Source of the DNA: Gammaproteobacteria bacterium
Lineage (GTDB): Bacteria; Pseudomonadota; Gammaproteobacteria; Eutrophobiales; Eutrophobiaceae
Length of the DNA: 64,000 nucleotides
NCBI GenBank assembly: GCA_963422205.2
Contig: CAXMWX010000012.1
Coordinates: forward strand, 96,001 to 160,000
Direction: 5' to 3'
This document shows, one piece after another, positions 1 to 9,004 of the stretch; position 1 is the first letter of the stretch, and each line of letters starts with the position of its first letter. The notes beneath the pieces were generated by a model. It worked only from the letters and a program-made list of their open reading frames with translations, had not been told where the DNA came from and did not search any database. The translations under genes were made by a program, and so were the position numbers.

Positions 1-1
1 G

Positions 2-1939
2 GTGGTCGTACGCACCAGGCGTCCGGTACTGGATCAGCGCTCGGTTGAGGCAAGTGTCCAATACGGCAGCTTTAACGACATCAAGACCCGGTTTGCTGGT
101 AACTTGTCGTTAAACGATTCCTTCGCCATTCGCATCGCTGGCATCTACCAGAGCAACGATGGCTACTACCGCAACGGCAAAGTTGATCAGCCCACCAATG
201 CCTTCGGCGGCGCGGTTGGCGATGCCCTGGCGAGATCCGGCAGCACACTGACCGGCGATGGCCGCGACCTGGGCGGCAAGGACATCTTCTCCGGCAGGTT
301 CAAGGCACTGTGGCAGCCGATGGAGGGCCTCAGCATACTCGGCCAATATGAGATCATACGTGACTCCAGCGATCCAGTGCCCGTGGTCAACACCACGCCC
401 GCCAGATCCAGGCAGCTGGCCGAAACATTCGGCTTTCCCGGCATTACCGCCGCTGATGGCGACCCGCTGGATCGTGCCGGCCTGCACCAGAGCGCCATCA
501 CCGGACTGGATGGCAACCAGCGCGTACACGTGGATGGCGGTTATCTGAATGTGGAATGGGATCTGGGCCAGCATACGCTCTACGCCCTGGCCGGTTATCG
601 TTACCAGGAATCCAGGCTGCCGAATGAGTACCTGGGCACCACCTACGACAGTTTCTTCTCGGCCACCCGTGATGATGACCGGGAAACCCTACAACTGGAA
701 GCCCGCATCGCCTCCAACGATTTGCAGAAATTAAATTACGTGGCAGGGGTTTTCTATCAGCAAAACGATGCCGAGTTTTGCGTGCTGCAACAGCTGGGTT
801 TGCTGGAGTTCTTTGGCACAGGCACTGGCGGTGCTGTCGTGGGTACGCTGGATAACGCCAATCCATTGATCCTGTGCAACCAGCAAGATGCAACGGCCTG
901 GGCGGTATTTGGCGATATGGTGGTGGATGTCAACGACAGGTTGTCAATCGGCGGCGGTGTCCGCTGGACCGATGAGAAGAAAGACTATGTCGCTCGCCAG
1001 GGCACCCCGGTCACATTATTCCCCGACCCCCAGGCCATCATCGCTAACCCGCTGGCCGGTGCTGACTTCAGCCTGGTGTCCGCTGGCGTTGAGACGGATG
1101 CCAATGACTGGGGCGAGTTGACCTGGCGTGCCACCTTATCCTGGCAGTTCAATGCGGATCTGTTCGCTTACTTTACCGCCTCGCGCGGGTTCAAAAGCGG
1201 CGGCTATAACGATCAGGCCGGCTCCGGCACCTTCGCCCAGTTCCCCGTGAGCTCCTATGATCCGGAGTTTGCCAACAACCGGGAAGTCGGCCTAAAGGCC
1301 ACCCTGCTGGATGGTCGTCTCTTAACCAGTCTGACTTACTTCCATGTCACCTATGATGACTTCCAGCGCAGCAGGGTGGTGGCCGTACCCAATACCGCAT
1401 TCCAGGAAACGCGCACCTTCAACGCTGGCAAATTAAAAGCCCAGGGCATCGAGTTCGAAGGGACGATGCAGCTCACAGAAGGGCTGACGTTGCGGGCGAA
1501 CCTCGGTTGGCTAGATTCTAAATACAGAGAATTCCTGCTCGACCAGGACAACAATCCGGCAACGCCGCCCGATGATTTTAGCGACCGTACCCCGACCCGC
1601 TCGCCAGAGTTTACCGGCGGGCTGGATCTGACCTACCTCTACCCGCTGGCGGGCGGGGATGTGCGCCTGAACTACAACTTCAGCTATGAAAAGGAAAACA
1701 CGTACTATTACGCCGATAGTGCCCGCTTCGATACTGTGCTGGAGGAGCGCACCATCTCCAATATCAGCGCCACCTGGACGGACGCCGCCGATCGTTTTTA
1801 TATCTCCGCCTTTGCCAAGAACCTGAGCGATGATCGTTACCAGACGGCCGCCCAGTATGTCGCCAGCTTATGGACGTTTTCCAACTACGGCCCGCCCCGT
1901 TCCTTTGGCGTGCAAGTCGGCGGCAAGTTCGATTTCTAA
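2..1939 (+). CDS. TonB-dependent outer membrane receptor (5'-truncated by window edge)
   Basis: Beta-barrel-like sequence with SRGFKSGGYN and NLSD..Y motifs and C-terminal GPPRSFGVQVGGKFDF. Confidence 0.9.
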   Translation: MVVRTRRPVLDQRSVEASVQYGSFNDIKTRFAGNLSLNDSFAIRIAGIYQSNDGYYRNGKVDQPTNAFGGAVGDALARSGSTLTGDGRDLGGKDIFSGRFKALWQPMEGLSILGQYEIIRDSSDPVPVVNTTPARSRQLAETFGFPGITAADGDPLDRAGLHQSAITGLDGNQRVHVDGGYLNVEWDLGQHTLYALAGYRYQESRLPNEYLGTTYDSFFSATRDDDRETLQLEARIASNDLQKLNYVAGVFYQQNDAEFCVLQQLGLLEFFGTGTGGAVVGTLDNANPLILCNQQDATAWAVFGDMVVDVNDRLSIGGGVRWTDEKKDYVARQGTPVTLFPDPQAIIANPLAGADFSLVSAGVETDANDWGELTWRATLSWQFNADLFAYFTASRGFKSGGYNDQAGSGTFAQFPVSSYDPEFANNREVGLKATLLDGRLLTSLTYFHVTYDDFQRSRVVAVPNTAFQETRTFNAGKLKAQGIEFEGTMQLTEGLTLRANLGWLDSKYREFLLDQDNNPATPPDDFSDRTPTRSPEFTGGLDLTYLYPLAGGDVRLNYNFSYEKENTYYYADSARFDTVLEERTISNISATWTDAADRFYISAFAKNLSDDRYQTAAQYVASLWTFSNYGPPRSFGVQVGGKFDF

Positions 1940-2270
1940 ACGTAAACCCGGATAGATACGCAGATCTCGCTTGCTAGCACTGTGCGCTTAGTTCAGGCGA
2001 TGTCGACTTGGTTGGTACGAACAGGGTAGCAATTGTCCAGAGGTAGCCATACAGCGTCTCGCCGCCTCCACCTCAAAGAGCCGCTGGCCGCCTTATGCTA
2101 AGGTGAGCGCCTTATCTTTGCCGAACAGCATCGGCTTGCTGTGGTGTAGGTGAATGTCAATACTGGCTGGCAAGGATTCAAACCACAGCACCAGTGATGC
2201 CCGCCTCGTTTATATGCCGGGTCAATTTTGTTATATTCCCGCCCCTTTACACCCTGTCAGGATCAAACCG

Positions 2271-3259
2271 GTGCGCTATTTGTTATTACTGTTATCTGTT
2301 ATCAGCTTACCCGCCATCGCGCATGAATGGCAGACCAACAGGCCGGACTCTCATGCACCGATCAGCATCATAAAGCGGGCGAATGGATGCTCTCTTATCG
2401 TTTTATGCACATGCAGATGGCAGGCAATCGCCAAGGCGATCAGGATGTGGCGAACAGCGAGGTGCTGGAGAATTTTATCGTCACCCTAACCCGCATGGAC
2501 ATGAACATGCACATGTTTGGCGGCATGTATGCCGTCAATGATGCACTGACGATCATGGTTATGCTGCCGTATATTGAACTCAGCATGATTCATCCTGGCC
2601 GTATGGGCAGCCGTTTCACCACCACATCAGCCGGGCCTGGCGATGTCAGTTTTTCCGGTCTGCTCGCCATTCACAGCAGCGAGCAACATCGTCTGCATGT
2701 AAACATCGGCTTCTCAGCACCGACCGGCGCGATCGATGAACGTGACAATACGCCCCCGGGCAACGTCATTCTGCCCTACCCCATGCAGACCGGTGCGGGC
2801 AGCTACAGCCTGCTGCCCGGCATCACCTACAAGCGGCCAGCGCGTCGATGGGTCGTGGGGAGGCCAACGCACAGGCACGGTGAGGCTGGATGATAATGCG
2901 GCCGGTTATCGGCTGGGCGATAAGATCAATGTCACGGGCTGGGTCGTGCGCCGCTGGCGTGCATGTTGCCGTACCTCACGGCATCTTGCAGCACAAGCCG
3001 GGTCGAATATAACAGGCCGTGATGTGCGTATCGCCACCACCAACCGGCGGGCATCGCCACCATCCCCACAGCACAGACGCAGCTGCGAGCGGGCAGCAAA
3101 GCCAAGACCGGCATCGGCGTCAACTTCCATCTGCCGGCAGGGATCTTAAGCGGACACCGGCTGGCCGTTGACACCGTCCTGCCAATACAACAAAACCTGG
3201 ATGGGCCGCCACTGAAGACAGACTGGACGATGACGTCTGGCTGGCAGAGGACGTTCTGA
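2271..3259 (+). pseudogene. His/Met-rich outer-membrane beta-barrel 'transporter' family protein, multiply frameshifted
   Basis: Signal peptide plus RPDSHAP..HKAGEWMLSYRFMHM..M and LPYPMQTG motifs, spread over ORFs 2154-2489, 2327-2893 and 2736-3149 plus a terminal frame ending GWQRTF*; start inferred at GTG 2271. Confidence 0.6.
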
Positions 3260-3334
3260 CCATCAACACGATGCTGCCGCCAGCAGGCCAATGCTTGCCC
3301 CTTGCGGCTAACTTGACGCTATAATCCGCCTATC

Positions 3335-4405
3335 ATGCTCCTGCTCATCGCCTATGTGTTGCTCGCCCTGGTGTTCTCGTTTCTTTGCTCAATTGCCGAG
3401 GCCGTGTTGTTGAGCGTGACTGTCGGTTATATCGCCGTGCAGGAGAACGACAACACACCCGTCGGCAAGCTGTTGCGTGAATTAAAAGAAGACATCAACA
3501 AGCCGCTGGCCGCTATTCTCACCTTAAACACCATCGCCCACACCATCGGCGCCGCCGGGGCGGGTGCACAAGCCGCCGCCGTGTTCGGCAGCGCCTATCT
3601 CGGCCTCGCCTCGGCCATCCTGACCTTGCTGATCCTGATCTTCTCGGAGATCATACCCAAAACTCTGGGCGCACATTACTGGCAGCGGCTGGCCCCGCTC
3701 ACCGCGTATTGCCTAAAAGCGCTGATCTGGCTGATGTACCCTTTTGTCAGATTATCCGAATACCTCACGCAATCCATGACCCACGGCCCCAGCCTGCGCG
3801 GCTTTAATCGTGATGAGCTTATCTCCATGGCCGAGCTCAGTTGGAAGGAAGGCCAGCTGATGCGGCGGGAGTACCGGGTGGTGATGAACCTGCTATCCCT
3901 GGACGATACCCGTGTGCAGGATGCCATGACGCCACGCACGGTAGTCTATGCGCTTGATGAGAGCGTAACTGTGGCCGAGTATTTTACCCAGCATGAAGCG
4001 GAAACCTTCTCACGCATCCCCGTCTACCGCAACAGCAAGGAGCAGATGACCGGATTTGTTTTGCGGGGCGATCTGCTGTTAGCCCAGGCGCATGGCAAAA
4101 CACAGCAGGCCATGGCCACATTCCGCCGTGAATTCGCTACCGTCATGGCGAGCATGCCGTTATCGCATGCCTTTAATCTGCTATTGGAACAACGCGCCAA
4201 TATCGTGCTGGTGGTCAATGAGTACGGAGGGTTTGAAGGCATTTTAACCCTTGAAGATGTGCTTGAGACCATACTGGGTGTTGAAATAGTCGATGAGGGG
4301 GACCGCTCGCGCGATATGCAGGAACTGGCACGGCGCTTCTGGCGCCGCCGTCATGGCAGACGGGAGGGCAGCGAGGATGATAATGTGGCGCCGCACCGCC
4401 GCTAA
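3335..4405 (+). CDS. CNNM (DUF21)/CBS-domain hemolysin-family protein
   Basis: SFLCSIAEA, ILTLNTIAHT and SEIIPKTLG motifs; CBS pair (MTPR, FSRIPVY, VNEYGG..GILTLEDVLE). Confidence 0.9.
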   Translation: MLLLIAYVLLALVFSFLCSIAEAVLLSVTVGYIAVQENDNTPVGKLLRELKEDINKPLAAILTLNTIAHTIGAAGAGAQAAAVFGSAYLGLASAILTLLILIFSEIIPKTLGAHYWQRLAPLTAYCLKALIWLMYPFVRLSEYLTQSMTHGPSLRGFNRDELISMAELSWKEGQLMRREYRVVMNLLSLDDTRVQDAMTPRTVVYALDESVTVAEYFTQHEAETFSRIPVYRNSKEQMTGFVLRGDLLLAQAHGKTQQAMATFRREFATVMASMPLSHAFNLLLEQRANIVLVVNEYGGFEGILTLEDVLETILGVEIVDEGDRSRDMQELARRFWRRRHGRREGSEDDNVAPHRR

Positions 4406-7080
4406 TCCTTATAGCGCCTGAACTGCTCAGGCAGATCGGAAAATGATCCCGGCGTATATTCATCAAACCCTCTCTCATCGATGAAAATAAAATCATACTT
4501 CACTTCAGACTGAATGGTATTCAGGTCTTCGCACCATTGTTTGAGACGCGCCATTTTTTGCGGTAAGTCCATTTCTTCCCGGCCTTTTGTTTCGATGATA
4601 AAAACCTCTGAACCGGATTTCTTCACAATAAAGTCCGGGTAGTAATGACTGATATTGCCATCGGCCTTCACATAATCCAGTTTGAAACGCACCGCTAGAT
4701 AATTTTTAGCATAGGAAATAATATCGTCACACCCTTCCAGGAACCGGGCAAAACTCAACTCCAGGCCGCCGTCCCCGATTATCCTGTTAAACACACTCTT
4801 TTTCGGGACGATATAGTCCTGTTCTTTCACAACGAAAGGCCGGGTGTTTTTAAGTTTAATGGTATCTTTTATCGCTGCATCACCTCTGTCCTGAACGGTC
4901 AATGCATTGATTTTTTGCTTGAACGTTTCAATCACTGTCCGCGTGGCGGCAGGCTCAGACAGATTTCTTAACGTATTGGCATGATCAAGTTCAACCTCTT
5001 CCTTGAAGAGATGCTGTAACACGAATGCTTTCACTTTTCCATACAGCACGTCATAACCACCCACCAGCCGCAAATCTTTTATGATCGTCTGGGTGAAGTA
5101 ACCGATAACGCTGCGGTAATCTGCTGTTTCTGTTTTATCCAGTAAGGTAGTGTGCGTCACTTCCCCTGTTGTGATGTCGCGAAATACAATCTCCCTTTGC
5201 TGCTCCTCACTAAATTGCCGGTATTCCAGTTTTTCATTTCCAAATGCAGTCTCATCCAAATCTATCAGATTTTTATATTCGCGATAGATTCGCGGTGACA
5301 GGATCGGAATTTCTATATCAAGCGCATCAATATTTTTATTTTCCCCGTCCACCTCAATGACGATGGGGGTTTTCGGTTTTGTGTCCTCACCCATGGCCTT
5401 GCGTTCCAGCACCACGCCCTCGGCCTGAATCGATTCAACAAAATCCATGAAAGCATCAGTGCCGACAACACTGACATATTCTTCAACCGGTGCATCCGGG
5501 TACATTTTCCGTAGCCCGCGCCCCAGGGTTTGTTCGGGCAGGATATTGCTCTTGGCTGCATAAGCGCGCAGGCCGACAATGGTGGTGACATTGCGAACGT
5601 CCCAGCCTTCTTTTAAGACCAACACCGAGACGATGGCTTTATACCGGCTGTCCGCACTGTCGATGTCATTCGCCTGCTCACGCAGAAACGCCAGCTCTTT
5701 TTGGTTCTTGCTGGATGCCGCCTCCGAGATCTCGCCATTATTTTTTGTGTGGATGACCAGCACCGCATCTTTTAAGTCCGGATACGTCGCCTCAAGATAT
5801 TCAGCCACCTCATCACAGTTTTTCGTATCATCGGTCATCACAAACAGGATGGATTTCTTATCCATCTTGATATGTTCAGCATAAGCCTTCTGCCATTCCA
5901 TCACGCCCAGGTGCAGGTAATCGGCATATTTCTCGGTATAACGCGAGCTTTGCCCTTCGCTGAGTTTTGCCCGGCTGGCGGCATCGGGCAACACCGGATG
6001 TTTTACAACGTTTTGTGCAATCGCCTCGACCAGCGGATAATCAGCCACCGTCTGAACGAAGATCGCCCCGTTGTTGTGTTTCGGCGTGGCGCTGACATCG
6101 ACCTGTAACGACAACGCCGCCTCTTTTTGCCTGAGCCGGTGATGAATGTCCGCAATCGATTGGAACCAGGCCATTTTCCGATCATGAATATGATGCGCCT
6201 CATCATTGAGTATCACCAGTTCATCAATGTCGCGCACAATATCACCCAGATCCAGGTTTGTATCGGTGGTCGCCCCGGTTGGGCGAGATCCGAGAAAATA
6301 ATCCATGCTGTTCTCATCATCCGGCCCCGGCGGAATATCACTGCCGGCATAGACACGGTGGATATTGGTGAGGAATAGATTACCGACAGGCCGGGTGATA
6401 TTCACCTCATCCTGTAAGTGCAGGGTAAGTTGAAAATCATCCCGCCAGTTTTGTCCATCAATGCCGTTATCCGGCAAAACCGGGTCGGCAAAAAAAATCC
6501 TCAACCCCTCGAAGTCCTTACGCAACCTGTCGAGGACAATAATATTCGGCGCGATGATGAGAAAGTTACGCGCCAGCGCTGAATGGCTTTCATATCGCTT
6601 GTGAAAATAACACCAGGCCAGGATCAAACTCATCACCTTGGTCTTGCCGGTGCCGGTTGCCATCTTGATCACAAACCGCCGCCAGGTTTCATCAAACATC
6701 CCCGTTGACACGGCGCCGGAGGAATCAAACCGCAGCATGTCGTATTTGTCTTTTACCTTGATCACATCATAAAGATAAATGATCGTCTCGACGGCTTCAC
6801 GCTGTCCGAAGTAATAGTTGAATTCGGTCAGTTCGCCATCAGCCCGAGGCAGTAAATGCGTTCTGTTGAACCACCAGGCAAGCAGCGAACGGCTGGTTTC
6901 GGTTGCGCCCTTGTAATGATCGTCCCGCCAGGTCTTAACCTGTTTTCTCAACTCGGCGACCAGTGGCGGTAACAGCTTGTCGTAACTGCTCTCGCGCAGC
7001 GTCTCATCGGCGGGAAACCAGCGGATATCCGGGTTGAGTATCTCGCAGGGTGCTTCAGGGAAATCGGGGTGCAGGGCCAT
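4402..7080 (-). CDS. res: Type III restriction endonuclease Res subunit (SF2 helicase plus PD-(D/E)XK nuclease)
   Basis: KMATGTGKT, NDEAHH, EGWD and QTLGRGLR motifs; C-terminal YPDFIV..IETKG. Confidence 0.9.
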   Translation of the reverse strand: MALHPDFPEAPCEILNPDIRWFPADETLRESSYDKLLPPLVAELRKQVKTWRDDHYKGATETSRSLLAWWFNRTHLLPRADGELTEFNYYFGQREAVETIIYLYDVIKVKDKYDMLRFDSSGAVSTGMFDETWRRFVIKMATGTGKTKVMSLILAWCYFHKRYESHSALARNFLIIAPNIIVLDRLRKDFEGLRIFFADPVLPDNGIDGQNWRDDFQLTLHLQDEVNITRPVGNLFLTNIHRVYAGSDIPPGPDDENSMDYFLGSRPTGATTDTNLDLGDIVRDIDELVILNDEAHHIHDRKMAWFQSIADIHHRLRQKEAALSLQVDVSATPKHNNGAIFVQTVADYPLVEAIAQNVVKHPVLPDAASRAKLSEGQSSRYTEKYADYLHLGVMEWQKAYAEHIKMDKKSILFVMTDDTKNCDEVAEYLEATYPDLKDAVLVIHTKNNGEISEAASSKNQKELAFLREQANDIDSADSRYKAIVSVLVLKEGWDVRNVTTIVGLRAYAAKSNILPEQTLGRGLRKMYPDAPVEEYVSVVGTDAFMDFVESIQAEGVVLERKAMGEDTKPKTPIVIEVDGENKNIDALDIEIPILSPRIYREYKNLIDLDETAFGNEKLEYRQFSEEQQREIVFRDITTGEVTHTTLLDKTETADYRSVIGYFTQTIIKDLRLVGGYDVLYGKVKAFVLQHLFKEEVELDHANTLRNLSEPAATRTVIETFKQKINALTVQDRGDAAIKDTIKLKNTRPFVVKEQDYIVPKKSVFNRIIGDGGLELSFARFLEGCDDIISYAKNYLAVRFKLDYVKADGNISHYYPDFIVKKSGSEVFIIETKGREEMDLPQKMARLKQWCEDLNTIQSEVKYDFIFIDERGFDEYTPGSFSDLPEQFRRYKD

Positions 7081-7092
7081 TCATTAGCTATT

Positions 7093-7647
7093 TCACGAAA
7101 AGAGCTGCTTATAATTTATCGAACCAGCACTTCCTACCTTCAAGCACAACATTTTTTCAGGGCTATTATTGGCTTTGTGTTTTTGTTTTTTGACAAATTC
7201 AGTAGGTCTTTTGTTGAGTTTAAAATTTACGATAGCCACAAAGTATTGTTTTTCTGAAGCCGACTTTAAAAAATTAGGATGATTAAAAAATCTTCTGCCA
7301 ATGACAATCAGATAATCCATTAGACATTGGGCTCCTATCAACTGTTGTTTGATGTGTTTTTTTCCATTGGTTTTTCCATATTTCAATTCAACAAATATGA
7401 TTTCATATTCATTGACGATAATATAATCCGCACGTTTGCAAAAGTCCTTATTGTTCTGGCAGTCGATAATTTTATCCGGTGAAAAATTATCTGCCTTTAT
7501 AATCAAAGTTTCACTCGGTAATTTTTTAACATAAATACCGTACTCTTTCCACGTCTCAAATAATTTTGCCTCCCTTTTTCCCGGATCAATATCAACAAGA
7601 GCGGTGGGGTTTAGCAGTTTTTCAAGTAGACAAAAATCAGTCGTCAT
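7093..7647 (-). CDS. Putative PD-(D/E)XK nuclease, partner of the upstream ABC ATPase
   Basis: KRADYIIV...IFVELK...IKQQL motif; AT-rich; MTTDF start overlaps the ATPase stop. Confidence 0.6.
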   Translation of the reverse strand: MTTDFCLLEKLLNPTALVDIDPGKREAKLFETWKEYGIYVKKLPSETLIIKADNFSPDKIIDCQNNKDFCKRADYIIVNEYEIIFVELKYGKTNGKKHIKQQLIGAQCLMDYLIVIGRRFFNHPNFLKSASEKQYFVAIVNFKLNKRPTEFVKKQKHKANNSPEKMLCLKVGSAGSINYKQLFS

Positions 7648-9004
7648 CGCCGTCCCATATAATCCTGTCTTCAATGCGATTCATGTCATTAATGGTGTCG
7701 TCAAAGCTGCGTACTTCAATCCCTGACTGTGGTTCAATCGGTGCTTTCGTTAAAGTCTGGCAGTTTGTTTTTCTCTCATTACCAGGAATTAACACCTTTG
7801 CTTTTTCTGCAATATATACTTTTACCTTATCTGCTGAAATCAGTGCCTCATCAGGATAGCCCTCCTCTTGTGCAATTTTTTTCAGATAGGACTTGTCCTG
7901 ATTCAACAGGATCAATGTGTTTATTTCCTTAATAAAATAATCACTGTGGGTGGTAACAAAGACATTAACTCCGGCATTGACCAAGCAGGCAAACAATCGC
8001 GCTACGAGCCGTTGGTTTTCAGGATGCAGATTGAGTTCAGGCTCATCAACCATCAAAAGATCACCCGGTTTAGCCAGATGATGCAGATAAAAGCCAATAT
8101 CCAGCAAGGAGCGCACTGCGCTGGAACTTTCACTCATTGATAATCGGGTTGATTTTCCAGTAGGCTTAAATTGCACGCCAAGGTTTTTTTTCATGCCATA
8201 GCTGCCACCAATCAGCTCGGCAAATGTGTTCAGAATCTGCGGGCATTGTTTAGCGATATGGCTGGTTTTTTTTGATATATTTTCCAGGTTACGGGTAAAT
8301 TCGACATTAACCTCAACGGGCAGGGCATAATCTTGCGTGCCTTCCAGCAAAAGCTTAAATGGATCAATTTCTTTGGCCCTGCTGATTTCTTTGAGCAAGC
8401 GATTGCGGGCGAAATCCAGTTCTCTGTAGAAAATTGCAGCACCAGTGCGCTCGGCGCTGGCAATAAAGGAACTGGGGAAAACATCCGCAAAGATAATATA
8501 ATAAATCACCTCTGCTATGTAGTCGTTTGGTAAATTTGATCGTGCTCCCGATTCTTTCAGAAAAGCAATTGTTACCATAAAAGAACCGGATTCTTTTTCA
8601 ACAGCAAAAAAATCATTACTCCTGTTAAAAAATTCCCTGTTTAGAATATGCTCTCTGAAATCAAACGAATCGACACTAAATACAAAAGAAGAATCACGAA
8701 AAAATTTCTCATCAGAAGAAAATATATTTGGTAATTCTTTAGTGTACTCCTTGCTTGCTTCTTTAATAATTTCGGGAATGAGTGGGATGACTTGTTCAAG
8801 ATTGATTTCTGTTTGCATATATTTGTAACTAATTTTTTTGGATATTTGTCTTTTCAACAAAAATCTTTGTATATGCAAAAACCCAAAAAGCGCATAGGTA
8901 GCATAGGTTTTCCCGGTATTATTTTTACCGCAGATAATCGTCAGTTTTCCCAGCTCAAATTCCCCGTAACGCAAAGCGCCCAGATTTTCCAGTCTGATCT
9001 TCAT
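7637..9004 (-). CDS. ABC-type (AAA_15/AAA_21-like) ATPase
   Basis: Walker A GKNNTGKT, degenerate signature SESSSAVRS, Walker B/D-loop LMVDEPELNLHP, H-loop TTHSDY; MKIRLENLG start overlaps the mod stop (ATGA). Confidence 0.85.
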   Translation of the reverse strand: MKIRLENLGALRYGEFELGKLTIICGKNNTGKTYATYALFGFLHIQRFLLKRQISKKISYKYMQTEINLEQVIPLIPEIIKEASKEYTKELPNIFSSDEKFFRDSSFVFSVDSFDFREHILNREFFNRSNDFFAVEKESGSFMVTIAFLKESGARSNLPNDYIAEVIYYIIFADVFPSSFIASAERTGAAIFYRELDFARNRLLKEISRAKEIDPFKLLLEGTQDYALPVEVNVEFTRNLENISKKTSHIAKQCPQILNTFAELIGGSYGMKKNLGVQFKPTGKSTRLSMSESSSAVRSLLDIGFYLHHLAKPGDLLMVDEPELNLHPENQRLVARLFACLVNAGVNVFVTTHSDYFIKEINTLILLNQDKSYLKKIAQEEGYPDEALISADKVKVYIAEKAKVLIPGNERKTNCQTLTKAPIEPQSGIEVRSFDDTINDMNRIEDRIIWDGDDD

